Shown piece by piece: positions 30,073 to 39,458 of a stretch of DNA of 64,000 bases. Location of the stretch: the NCBI GenBank assembly GCA_038231275.1, contig JBBRLQ010000006.1, positions 224,001 through 288,000 of the forward strand, given 5' to 3'. Origin of the DNA: Polyangiales bacterium. GTDB taxonomy: Bacteria; Myxococcota_A; Polyangia; Polyangiales; Polyangiaceae. The position numbers and the translations under genes were made by a program. The notes under the pieces were generated by a model. The model was not told the DNA's origin. It searched no databases and saw nothing but the letters and a program-made list of their open reading frames with translations. Every line of letters starts with the position of its first letter. Position 1 is the stretch's first letter.

Positions 30073-33000
30073 CTACTTCAGATCGACGACCTGCATTCCC
30101 CAGTAGCCGCTCGACACGAAGAGCTTGTCGTCCTGGCGCGAGAGCGACGCGACCGACCAGCCGCGCGTGCGGACGAACTTGTCGAACTTCGGCGCCGCAT
30201 GGGGCGACAGGTGGTAGACGTCGATGCCCTGATCACCCCAGCCGGAGCTGAGGATGGCGCGATCGCCCTCGACCCCGAGGAGCCAGCCCCAGCCGGCCGT
30301 GGTCGCCACGCGATCGATGGGGCGCCTCGGGCTCGTCAGATCGATCTGGTGGAGCGACACCTCCGGTGCGTCGTTGGCTGCCCAGGTGTACCGCTCGGCC
30401 GACGCCCACGCGGTGTTGCCGCGGACGAAGACGTTGCCGACCCAGCCGCTGAGCGGCGTCGCGCTCTCGAGGAACGCGGTGTCGCCCTCGATGCGAACCA
30501 CGTCCAGATCGTTGCGCGGTTGGCCCTCGCTGCCGTCGTACCAACGATAGTCGATGGTGTAGAGGAGCGAGGGATCGGTCTCGGAGCCGCCGACGAGCAC
30601 GCCGGGGACGTTGATCTTCGCGCCGACCCGCGGGTGGGCGCGGTCGGAGAGATCGATGCGATCGAGGTAGTAGCGGACCTGGCCGCGCGTCGGATCGGTG
30701 TCGGCGATCCACTCGTAGTGGCTCGCGTAGAGCGTCTTGCCGACGACGGTGAGATTGCCCCACCACGCGTCAGAGTCACGCGTGACGACCGTGGACGCGA
30801 TGCGAGGCGCGTCGGGGTTCGCGAGGTCGACGACGTACAGCGACTGGCGCTCGTCCTCGTAGCGGCCGCTTCCGTCGAAGACCGGCTGCCAGCGTCGGAA
30901 CGCGAGGACGTCGGCGCCGACCTGGACGACCTCGGCGCCGTCGTACCAGTCGTTCCAGTAGTAACCGTAGTAGCCGCCGTACCAGCCACCGTAGTAGCCG
31001 CCGTACCAACCACCGGCCGCGTTGGTCGGAACCGGCAGAGCCACCGAACCGCGGAGGCGCGCGCCGTTGTTCGACAAGTCGATGATCTGCACCTTCTGCT
31101 GAATTCCCCCGCATTGGCCGCCGGTGGGGCCGACGCCGCCCGCGCAGATCGCCGGGAGGTTCGTACTCGTGACCGCGTACGCGAGATCGCCGTTGCGGAA
31201 GACACGGGTGGCGACGCCGTCGATGTCGAGCGTGAGCGCGGAGGGCTCGTCGTGCGACTCCTCGGCGTTGGCGATGGGGAGGACGCGGACCTCCGAGCGC
31301 GAGCGATCATTGCCCCACCAGTCGCTCGAGATTTGCGCGACCGTGGCCCCTTGCGGCTGCCCGGCGATGACGTTGCGCGCGAGGGTCAGCTCGGTCACCA
31401 CGCGCGGGGCGTCGTGGTTGGTGTAGTCGACGACCGATAGCGAGAGATCGCTGAGCGCGACCACGCGGTTTTTCACGAAGATTCCGCGCTCGACCCAGCC
31501 GCGCGTCTTCGCGGCGCCGGCGGTGCGGATCGTCGTCGGCGTGAACTCGATGATCTGGGTGCCGTCGCTGTACTGATCGTACTGCGCGCTCCAACCGCTG
31601 AACGGCAGCACGACGAGGCCCTGCGCGTCGTCTTTGGTGAACGCCTTGAACGTGCTCGCCGCCGGCGTCCACGCCCAGCCGTCCCCGAAGTTCGACGTGC
31701 CAAGGAGCTTCGGAGCCACTGGATCGGTGACGTCGAGGTACTTGAGCGAGACGCTGTTCGACGGGCCCGTGTAGTCGTTGCCCAGCGCGAACAGGCGATT
31801 GCCCGAGGGGATCATGAGCCACACGTTGCCCGGGATCTGCGCGGAGCCGGTGAGCTTGGGCGCGTCGGCGTTCGACAGATCGTAGACCTGGAACGGCGTG
31901 CCGTCGGCGCCCGGCCGGTAGTAGTAGTTGCCGGGGACGAGGTACATGCGCGCGCCGTCAAAGCGCGCCGCGATGTCCCAACCGGTCGAGGGGATCGTGA
32001 GCTCGGAGCGGACGCGCGGGGCGTCGGGGTTCGAGAAATCCGCGGTCGCGAGGACGTACGAGCCCTGCGCGCCGCCGCAGCCCCCCTGCCCCGCCGCGCA
32101 GCCGACGACGTGCGCGACCTTGCCGTCGGAGAAGTCGAGGTTCCAGCGCCCGTTGTCGGCGCCCCACCCCTGCGCGCGTCCGGTGACCTCGAGCTTTCCG
32201 CGCGTCTTGATCTTGCCGCCGGGATCGGAGATGTCGAGGTACTGGAGCGACGTCGTCGTCACCACGTCATAGGGACCGGTCGGCGCGCCGTCGTGCGCGA
32301 GCAGGATCGAGCTCGGCGTGACGTTGAAGACGCCACCCCAACCGTCGTACTTCAGTTGCCCGATCGTCTTGACGACGCCGCCCGCGAAGCTGACCGACGA
32401 CACCAGCGTGTGCGAGGACGACAGGTCGTAGCCCCGGTTGCCGGTCGACACGATCGCGCCGCCTTGGCCCCAGCCGTACGACTCGTCCCACTGCTCGCTG
32501 ACCGCGTAGAGGACGTCGCCGACGACGCGCAGGTCCCGCACCCAGCCACCGAGCTTCGCGTCGCCGAGCGAGCGGATGTTCGTCGGGTCGGTCGCGTCGT
32601 AGCCGCGCGCGATCGATCCGTGGAAGGGCGTGCCGTCGTCGAGGGCGCCGTACCAATCCGCGACGACGACGGTGGCGACGCCGTTGCGAACGAGCATCTC
32701 GACGGGGCTGCCGTAGATGGGCGCGCGCCCGAGGAGCTTCGGGTGGTCCACGTCGGCGACGTCGAAGACCATGAGGCCGCGGTACGCGTTCAAGTAGTAG
32801 AGGCGGTCGCCTTCGAGGCGGTAGAGATCGGTCTCTTCGACCTTGCGTCCGCCGGTGGCGGCGCCCGCGTTTGGCGAGGGGGCCGCGGTGCCGGCGTCCG
32901 CCGAACCAGCGCCGGAGCTGCCCCCGCTCAGCGCGCCGCCTTTCGCCTGACCGGCCATCGGGGCGGAGACGAAGGTCGATTGCCCAACCGCCCGATCGCC

Positions 33001-33108
33001 GTCCGTCTTGACGTCGCCAGAGCGCGAGCTGCATGCGCCCGCCGCGAGGGCGCTGGCAACGGTGGATAGAATGACGAGGCGAAGCGAATTTATGCGAAGG
33101 GACATCAT
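30073..33108 (-). CDS. Secreted beta-propeller domain lipoprotein
   Basis: Lipobox AGAC, VEETD..R, repeated D(I/V/L)S(D/N)P..P blades; about 1010 aa. Confidence 0.88.
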   Translation of the reverse strand: MMSLRINSLRLVILSTVASALAAGACSSRSGDVKTDGDRAVGQSTFVSAPMAGQAKGGALSGGSSGAGSADAGTAAPSPNAGAATGGRKVEETDLYRLEGDRLYYLNAYRGLMVFDVADVDHPKLLGRAPIYGSPVEMLVRNGVATVVVADWYGALDDGTPFHGSIARGYDATDPTNIRSLGDAKLGGWVRDLRVVGDVLYAVSEQWDESYGWGQGGAIVSTGNRGYDLSSSHTLVSSVSFAGGVVKTIGQLKYDGWGGVFNVTPSSILLAHDGAPTGPYDVVTTTSLQYLDISDPGGKIKTRGKLEVTGRAQGWGADNGRWNLDFSDGKVAHVVGCAAGQGGCGGAQGSYVLATADFSNPDAPRVRSELTIPSTGWDIAARFDGARMYLVPGNYYYRPGADGTPFQVYDLSNADAPKLTGSAQIPGNVWLMIPSGNRLFALGNDYTGPSNSVSLKYLDVTDPVAPKLLGTSNFGDGWAWTPAASTFKAFTKDDAQGLVVLPFSGWSAQYDQYSDGTQIIEFTPTTIRTAGAAKTRGWVERGIFVKNRVVALSDLSLSVVDYTNHDAPRVVTELTLARNVIAGQPQGATVAQISSDWWGNDRSRSEVRVLPIANAEESHDEPSALTLDIDGVATRVFRNGDLAYAVTSTNLPAICAGGVGPTGGQCGGIQQKVQIIDLSNNGARLRGSVALPVPTNAAGGWYGGYYGGWYGGYYGYYWNDWYDGAEVVQVGADVLAFRRWQPVFDGSGRYEDERQSLYVVDLANPDAPRIASTVVTRDSDAWWGNLTVVGKTLYASHYEWIADTDPTRGQVRYYLDRIDLSDRAHPRVGAKINVPGVLVGGSETDPSLLYTIDYRWYDGSEGQPRNDLDVVRIEGDTAFLESATPLSGWVGNVFVRGNTAWASAERYTWAANDAPEVSLHQIDLTSPRRPIDRVATTAGWGWLLGVEGDRAILSSGWGDQGIDVYHLSPHAAPKFDKFVRTRGWSVASLSRQDDKLFVSSGYWGMQVVDLK
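30965..31012. repeat. 24-nt direct repeat x2 encoding GWYGGYYG
   Basis: ccgtagtagccgccgtaccagcca followed by ccgtagtagccgccgtaccaacca. Confidence 0.85.
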
Positions 33109-33130
33109 GGCTTCCTCGCGCGGTCCCTTC

Positions 33131-33145
33131 GCAACGGCGATGCCA
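33131..33145 (-). promoter_or_regulatory. Sigma54 -24/-12 promoter for the beta-propeller gene
   Basis: Minus strand TGGCATCGCCGTTGC vs consensus TGGCACG-N4-TTGC, exact GG-N10-GC spacing. Confidence 0.7.
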
Positions 33146-33218
33146 TCGGGTAATTTGGCTCGATTTCGCGCCGATGGGCGCACGCGCGACGGTCCGGCAG
33201 GGCGGGGAGATCGCTCGG

Positions 33219-33233
33219 TGTGCCAGTGGCACA
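33219..33233. promoter_or_regulatory. Palindromic candidate enhancer (EBP binding site)
   Basis: TGTGCCA-G-TGGCACA perfect inverted repeat about 75-90 nt upstream of the -24 element. Confidence 0.5.
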
Positions 33234-33240
33234 GGAGGGC

Positions 33241-34278
33241 TTACCGTCGCTTCTTCTTCCTCGGATTGTGCGCGCCGACGAGCTTCGCGTACTCGGGCGT
33301 CGGTGTCTCTTCGGCGAGGCGCGAGCTCTTTCGCGCGGCCTCGGCGTGCGCCGGTAGTTTTTCGCACATGCGCTGGAGCTCGGTGGCGCCGGGGACCTTC
33401 TCGCGGTCGGTCCACTGCGCGAGCGCGGCGCCGAGCGCGGCGATGGTCTCGGCGGCGCCGCGAAGGTGGCCGCGCCGACCGAGGTCCAGGTAGCTCCGCG
33501 CGAGCGCGTCGCCGTCGAAGCGATGCTGGACGACGAGCTCGGTCGCGACGCGAAGCACCGCCTCGGCGGGCAGGCGTCCGTCCTCGAACACCACGAAGGC
33601 GGCCTGGAGGTAATTGTAGAAGGGGACGACGCGCGCGCCGTAGATGCGAAAATCGTCGGGCGGCGTCTGGCCTTCGAGGTGGATGAGCACGCGCTCGACG
33701 ATCTCGCGCGGCTGGAGGCGGCGCACGTCGGAGACGACGCCCTCGAGCACGTCCTCGTAGACCTTGCCCTTCTCGCAGATGGCGACGAGCGCATCCTCGC
33801 CGACCTTGCCGGCGCAGATGTCGCTGTAGAGCGAGTAGACGAACGCGTCGGCCTCCGCGTCGTCGCCGAACAGCGTCTCCTTCAGCGCGAGCTTCTCGGT
33901 GCCGGCGTCGTCCGCGCTCTTGGTGCGCGCGCGGAGGAGCGCGGGGAGCTTGTAGCCGAGCTGGTCCTTCAGCGCGCGGAAACGCAGGCGCAGCATGTTC
34001 TGGAGGTTCGGCTTCAAGGTGAAGCTGTCCCACGTGATGCCGTCGAGGCGCAGCTTGTCCTCGAGGCGTCGCCGCATCTGCTCGGGCGAGCCGCTCAGGA
34101 TGTGGACCGACACGCCCGCGCGCACCATCTCACGCAGCAAGGTCGACGCGCCGGGGTTCGTGCGCTTCTCGTCGGCCCGCTCGAGGGCTGTCTTCACGAG
34201 ATCGCGAAGGGTGTCGAACTCCGTGCGGAGGTAGGTCTTGTCGAGATCCCAGCGAGCGATGTGCGACGGCACGGCCAC
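33241..34278 (-). CDS. HAD-superfamily phosphatase-like protein (App1/lipin-like)
   Basis: Motif I WDLDKT, ILSGSP, motif IV LFGDDAEAD. Confidence 0.75.
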   Translation of the reverse strand: MAVPSHIARWDLDKTYLRTEFDTLRDLVKTALERADEKRTNPGASTLLREMVRAGVSVHILSGSPEQMRRRLEDKLRLDGITWDSFTLKPNLQNMLRLRFRALKDQLGYKLPALLRARTKSADDAGTEKLALKETLFGDDAEADAFVYSLYSDICAGKVGEDALVAICEKGKVYEDVLEGVVSDVRRLQPREIVERVLIHLEGQTPPDDFRIYGARVVPFYNYLQAAFVVFEDGRLPAEAVLRVATELVVQHRFDGDALARSYLDLGRRGHLRGAAETIAALGAALAQWTDREKVPGATELQRMCEKLPAHAEAARKSSRLAEETPTPEYAKLVGAHNPRKKKRR

Positions 34279-34292
34279 GAGGAGAGGTTACC

Positions 34293-35330
34293 TTACTTGG
34301 GCGGCGCGCACGCGGCGGCGGGGCCTTGCGCGTCCGCGTCGCAGGGGCCGAGCCCGAGGCCGCGGCAGCCGACCTTCACGCGGCGGCCGGCGGCGCAGAA
34401 CGCGAGATCCTCGCCGTCGCAGCGCGCGGGGGCCGGCTCGCACTCGAGCGCCTTTCTGATGACGCACGCGGCGCGCGCGCCGGAGCCCGCGCACCTTAGG
34501 CCGAGCGCGCCGCAGTCGGAGACGCGCGCGTCCCCGTAGTGTCCGTGAACGACGCACTCGACGAGGCGATCGCCGGCGCAGTAGCGCGCGCCGACCTCCG
34601 CGCAGTGGAGGTGCTCGCCCGTCGGCTCGCACGTGGCGCCGTTCTCGCCGCCGGCCTCCTTGTGCGGCCTGCACACGGTGCCGGTCGGGCAAATGGTGCG
34701 CTCGACGAGGCCGTCGTGGCAGCTGACGATGGCCGCGCCTTGTCCGTCGCAGCGCTCCTCGGGGGCGCCGTCGGGGCAGAGCGCCGGCGAGAAGCAACCA
34801 CGGGCGACGAGGCCACCGGCGATCTTGCGCTCCTCGCAGCGCGCGCTCGCGGCGCCGCAGTCGAGCCGCGTGCTCACCGCGCCGTCGGTGCCCGAGCAGC
34901 TCACGAACGCGTCGCCATCGCACGCCGTCATCACGCCCGGGTGAGCGGCGCAGTACGACGCCGCCCGCGCGTCCCCTGCCGCGCCGCGCGCGCACGTCGC
35001 GATCTCCGCGCAGCCCTTGGCCGACGCGAGGCACTTTTGGACGGGATCGGTGTCGCTCCTGACGCGCGCGACCCACCAGTCGATGCACGTGCCGGGATCG
35101 CGCAGGCGCGGCGTATCGTGCGCGTTCGAGCAGCTGGCGATCTTGGCGCAGCGGGCGGCGACGTCGTCGAGCCACGTCGGCGTGCCCGCGTCGTTGAGCG
35201 AGAGCGCTGGCGGGTCCGCGACCGGCGGCCCCGGCGGTCGCGCAGGGCACGCCGCGAGGAGCATCCCCACCAGCGCAGGCGCGGCGGTCCGGACGAGGAG
35301 ACGGGAAGAGATCACGGGCGTCACGAGCAT
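34293..35330 (-). CDS. Cys-rich repeat lipoprotein
   Basis: Lipobox LAAC; repeated CDG....C..G.....DC...G..C units. Confidence 0.75.
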   Translation of the reverse strand: MLVTPVISSRLLVRTAAPALVGMLLAACPARPPGPPVADPPALSLNDAGTPTWLDDVAARCAKIASCSNAHDTPRLRDPGTCIDWWVARVRSDTDPVQKCLASAKGCAEIATCARGAAGDARAASYCAAHPGVMTACDGDAFVSCSGTDGAVSTRLDCGAASARCEERKIAGGLVARGCFSPALCPDGAPEERCDGQGAAIVSCHDGLVERTICPTGTVCRPHKEAGGENGATCEPTGEHLHCAEVGARYCAGDRLVECVVHGHYGDARVSDCGALGLRCAGSGARAACVIRKALECEPAPARCDGEDLAFCAAGRRVKVGCRGLGLGPCDADAQGPAAACAPPK

Positions 35331-35341
35331 CGGGCTGCGCG

Positions 35342-38113
35342 TCAGACGGCGATGCTGCGCTTCAGATCCTCGAGCGAGTGGAGCAGCTCGTGCGCGCCCG
35401 ACTCGAACGCCAGCTCCATCGCCTCGCGCAGGTAGAGGCGCGCCTCGTTCTTCTTCTCGCGGCCGTTCGCGACGGTGGCCAGCGCGCCGAGCACGCTCGC
35501 GCGATCTTTTCCGCTGGGGCCGGCGATGTCGAGCGCCTCGCGGAGCACGCCTTCGGCGTCGGTGAGATCTCCGGCGGCGACGAGCGCCTCGCCGAGCTTG
35601 CGGCTGAAGATGAGGACGGCGCGCATCGGGTCGTCGAGCTCGCCACGGAAGAGCTCCCGCCGCGCGAGCTCTAGGCCGCGACGCAGCGCCGTCACCGTGC
35701 CGCGGATGTCTCCGCGCGCGGCGCATTTCACTCCGACCGACTCGAGCAGAATGAGCGCCTGGAACGAGTTCTGCGCCTGGTACTCGTGCCACGCGCGCAC
35801 TTCGATCGGCGCGCCTTGCTCCTCGCAGTACTCCGCCGCGTAGGCGTGGAGGCCGCGGCGGACGGCGGCAGGGATCGTCGCGAGGACGACCTCGCGCAGC
35901 AGCGGGTGGCTCGCGCGGAGACCCTCGGGGCCCGACTCCACCATCGCGCACGCGTCGAGGTTGAGGAGGCCGTCGGCGACGTCGGTCGTGTCGGGGAGGA
36001 GCGGCTTGAGCGAGTCGGGCGTCGCGTTGTCGCCGTAGACGGCGATCGCCTGTAGGACGCGGCGCGCGAGCGGCGGGAGGCGCTCGACGCGGAGCGCGAT
36101 GAGGTCGGCCAGGCGCGCCGGCGCGACGCCGCCTTGCTCGCGCGTGTAGCGGAGCAGCTGATCAAGGTAGAGCGGCGCGATCCCGCGGGTCCCTTCGGCC
36201 AGCGACGGCGAGCTGCCGGAGCCACCGGCGCGCAAGAGCTTGGCCACCACCGGCGGCGTCAGCCCGGTGATGACGCGCGACGGCGCGCTCGCCGGCCACC
36301 CCGGATCGAACCCGGGGGCGTAGGTGACGACCATGAGCGCCGGCACCAGCGACGGCTCGCTCATCGCGTCGCTGAACGCGTTGCGGCTCGCACCGTCGAT
36401 CTGGTGCAGATCGTCGATGGCGAGGATGACGCGCCCCTTTTGCGCCCGCTCGGCCGCGCGCGTGAGCGCCCAGCGCAGCGCCTCGACGGCCGCGAAGCGG
36501 CGCTCTTCGGGGGAGAGCGTTCCCCTATTTTTCTCCTCGATCGCGAAGACGTCGAGCAGGCCACGGCGCGCCTCGGAGCTCACGGCCGTCCAATCCTTGG
36601 GCGCGCCGCCGTTCTCGGGGAGCTGCGCGAGCGACTGAATCGCGCGACGGAGTGCGTGGTAGCCGACCTCGGCCCAGACCGGATCGGGGCCGGTCACGAC
36701 GACGGTGTCGCCCGCGGCCTTCGAGACGATCAGGAACTCGCGGAGGAGGCGCGTCTTTCCGATCCCAGGCTCACCGACGACACGCGCGCCGGAGAGCGTC
36801 GACTTCGCCTCGTTCCTGCGGTCCTCGAGCCATGCGAGATCGTCCTCGCGCCCGACCAAGGGGAGCGGGAAGCGGATCCGGTCGCCGTCGAGAACGAGGC
36901 GGGACCCGCTCGCGTCCTCGGGCGGAAAATCGGTGGAGACCTTGCGCGCCGGCGCCGCGCTGCCGTTCGCCGGCGCGCCCTTGGGCACCGCGAGCGACGG
37001 CACCGGCGGCGGATCGGGGCTCGCGGTTCGCGCCGCGCCGACGATCACCGACGCGCCGCACTCGCCGCAGAACTTCTGGTTCGACGCGTTCATGGCGCCG
37101 CACGACGGGCACTTCGTGAGGACCGTCGGAGGACCTCGCGAGACGACGCTCGCCCCCTCGACCTGCGCGAGCGAGTCGGCGAGCGCCTCGCTGAACTCGT
37201 CGGCGTTGCTGAAACGATGCTTGGGGTCCTTCGCGAGCGCGAGCAGCGCGACGTCGGCGAGCGCCTGCGGGATCTCACGCTCCGGCGCGAGCTGCCGCGG
37301 ATCGGCCGGCGGCCTGGTGAGGTGCATGAGCACGACCTGCGTCGGGCTCTCGGCCTCGAATGGGAGTCGTCCCGTGAGCAGCTGGTAGAAGATGACGCCG
37401 ACCGCGTAGAGATCGCTCCGCGCGTCCAGCGGATCGCCGCGGCCCTGCTCGGGGCTCATGTACTCGGGCGTCCCGCACACGATGCCGGGGCTCGTGATCG
37501 AAGGCTTTTCGGACTCCGCGCGCATCTTCGCGAGCCCGAAGTCCACGACCTTGACGAAGTCGCCGCCCGATCGCATCGGCTCGAGGATGATGTTCTCGGG
37601 CTTCAGATCGCGATGAATGATGTCGAGGTGATGCGCTTCGGCGAGCGCCGCGAGCACCTGCCGGAGGATGTTGACGATGCGGCGGAACGCGAGCGGCCCC
37701 TCGTCGTACGCGACGCGCGCGAGGTCTCGCCCGCGCAAGAATTCCATGACGAGATAGAGCTGCCCGTCCGGGGTCTTGCCGAAGTCGATGACGGCGACGG
37801 AGTTCGGGTGATTGAGCCGGCTCGCCGCGCGCGCCTCGGTGATGAAGCGCGCGGCGGCGTTCTCTTCGCCGACGAGGTGCGGGTGAATGATCTTCACCGC
37901 GACGGTGCGACCGAGCGCGCTCTGCTCGGCGCGGTACACACGTCCCATGCCGCCGATGCCGACCAGCTCCAGGATCACGTACCCGCCGGGGAGCGTCCGG
38001 CCGACCAGCGGATCGTCGACGTTCGAGGCGACTTTGCCGACCGGGAAGCCACACCCAGGGCAGAACTTGTGCGTGTCGTCACAAGGAGTTCCGCACTGGG
38101 GACACGCACGCAT
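35342..38113 (-). CDS. Ser/Thr kinase with two zinc ribbons, P-loop ATPase and TPR-like tail
   Basis: CPQC..CPGC, GIGGMG, HRDLKPEN, DFG, CPSC..CGEC, Walker A GEPGIGKT, Walker B LAIDD. Confidence 0.92.
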   Translation of the reverse strand: MRACPQCGTPCDDTHKFCPGCGFPVGKVASNVDDPLVGRTLPGGYVILELVGIGGMGRVYRAEQSALGRTVAVKIIHPHLVGEENAAARFITEARAASRLNHPNSVAVIDFGKTPDGQLYLVMEFLRGRDLARVAYDEGPLAFRRIVNILRQVLAALAEAHHLDIIHRDLKPENIILEPMRSGGDFVKVVDFGLAKMRAESEKPSITSPGIVCGTPEYMSPEQGRGDPLDARSDLYAVGVIFYQLLTGRLPFEAESPTQVVLMHLTRPPADPRQLAPEREIPQALADVALLALAKDPKHRFSNADEFSEALADSLAQVEGASVVSRGPPTVLTKCPSCGAMNASNQKFCGECGASVIVGAARTASPDPPPVPSLAVPKGAPANGSAAPARKVSTDFPPEDASGSRLVLDGDRIRFPLPLVGREDDLAWLEDRRNEAKSTLSGARVVGEPGIGKTRLLREFLIVSKAAGDTVVVTGPDPVWAEVGYHALRRAIQSLAQLPENGGAPKDWTAVSSEARRGLLDVFAIEEKNRGTLSPEERRFAAVEALRWALTRAAERAQKGRVILAIDDLHQIDGASRNAFSDAMSEPSLVPALMVVTYAPGFDPGWPASAPSRVITGLTPPVVAKLLRAGGSGSSPSLAEGTRGIAPLYLDQLLRYTREQGGVAPARLADLIALRVERLPPLARRVLQAIAVYGDNATPDSLKPLLPDTTDVADGLLNLDACAMVESGPEGLRASHPLLREVVLATIPAAVRRGLHAYAAEYCEEQGAPIEVRAWHEYQAQNSFQALILLESVGVKCAARGDIRGTVTALRRGLELARRELFRGELDDPMRAVLIFSRKLGEALVAAGDLTDAEGVLREALDIAGPSGKDRASVLGALATVANGREKKNEARLYLREAMELAFESGAHELLHSLEDLKRSIAV

Positions 38114-38308
38114 GGAGGAGTTCGAGGGTATCACGCCTTGCCAGGATTGCGCCTCCCCCGGGGCGCCCGCCGCGGTCCCCGTGTCGTCCCATTCCCGTGC
38201 ACGATCCAAGCGTGCCGTCCCGCCCGCGGCATGTAGGACCCGCTCCTCCGAGCGCAGCCGGCCGCGCGTTTTTTCACGCTTCCGCCCGAGAACGCGTACC
38301 ATTTCATC

Positions 38309-39451
38309 GTGGCAAAGCTCATCGGCGAGCTCCTCGTGGAGGCCAAAGCCCTCACGCGTGAGAAGCTCGAAGAGGCGCTCCGCGCGCCGCGCGAGCCGGG
38401 CAAGAAGCTGGGGCAGCTGCTCCTGGAGAGGGGCCTCGTGACGGAGGCACACCTCACGCAGAGCCTTAGTTTCCAGCTCGGCGTGCCTTGGGTCTCGCTC
38501 TACCACATCGACTTCTCGCGCCAGCTCTTGAGCCGAATTCCGCGCGAGACGGCGGACAAGTTCTGCCTCGTGCCGATCTACGTACGCCACGTGAAGGGGC
38601 ACGGCGACACGCTCTACGTGGCGACGGAAGATCCGAACCATCAGCAGGCGCTGGCCGAGGCGTCGAAGGCGGCGGGCCTCCCGGTGCGCGCGATGATCGC
38701 GTCTCCGACGGACATCCGCAGCGCGATCCGCGTCTACTATCCCAATCCGGATGGGAACGAGGCGTTGCCGATCCCGCTGACCGCGCCCGCCACGATGCCC
38801 GAGAAGCCGACGACGCCCGAGCGCAAGCCGGAGCCGCCGCCGCTGCCGCCGAAGCGTCAGAAGATGCCGTCGATCTCCGACGCGACGCCGGCCCCTGCGA
38901 CGGCCAAGCCGGTGTCTCGACCGCCGCAGCCGGCGGGAGGGGCGCATCCATCGAAGCCGCCGCCCGCGCCGCCGTCCGCGCTGCGCACCGCCAGCCCCGA
39001 CGCGGCGCTGGCGTCCTCGAACCGCGACGCGCCGGTGCCTACGCCGCTCGAATCCGATCCCGAGCTGAACGGCCCGCGCACCGACCGACCGCCGCCCTCC
39101 GAGGAAGATCATCCGGACGCGACGCCGGAGATCGAGGCCCGCGAGCTGACGCCGGGACGCAAGGCGCGCATGGTGGCGCTCACGCTGCTCGACGGGACGT
39201 CGCTCGCGCTGCCGACGCGCCCGCGGCGCAAGAGCGAGCCGGCACCCGGCTTCGGTGGCGGGCTGCCCGATCAGCTCACGTCGCGCGATCTCATCGCCGC
39301 GCTGCGAGCGCTGTCGCACGGCGCAGACGTCAGCGAGATCCTGGGCGACAACGTCCACTGGGAGGCGATGTTCGCCGCGCTCCTGTCGCTCCTCCTCAAG
39401 AAGGGGCTGCTCGCCGACTGGGAGTTCGTCGAGGAGCTTCGAAAGATTTGA
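38309..39451 (+). CDS. MshEN/T2SSE_N-domain protein with Pro-rich linker, no ATPase
   Basis: IGELLV...L.EAL...KLGQLLLERGLVTE..L...LSFQ, LYVATEDP. Confidence 0.8.
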   Translation: MAKLIGELLVEAKALTREKLEEALRAPREPGKKLGQLLLERGLVTEAHLTQSLSFQLGVPWVSLYHIDFSRQLLSRIPRETADKFCLVPIYVRHVKGHGDTLYVATEDPNHQQALAEASKAAGLPVRAMIASPTDIRSAIRVYYPNPDGNEALPIPLTAPATMPEKPTTPERKPEPPPLPPKRQKMPSISDATPAPATAKPVSRPPQPAGGAHPSKPPPAPPSALRTASPDAALASSNRDAPVPTPLESDPELNGPRTDRPPPSEEDHPDATPEIEARELTPGRKARMVALTLLDGTSLALPTRPRRKSEPAPGFGGGLPDQLTSRDLIAALRALSHGADVSEILGDNVHWEAMFAALLSLLLKKGLLADWEFVEELRKI

Positions 39452-39458
39452 GTCTCAC

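Noticed and set aside
26647-31440. 1597-aa + strand ORF
   Set aside because: Antisense shadow of the S46 peptidase, map and beta-propeller genes; Arg/Ala/Gly-rich with no motifs, typical of high-GC DNA.
38114-39358. N-terminal extension of the 1338-aa kinase ORF
   Set aside because: Antisense to the MshEN-like gene; the real start is MRACPQC at 38113.
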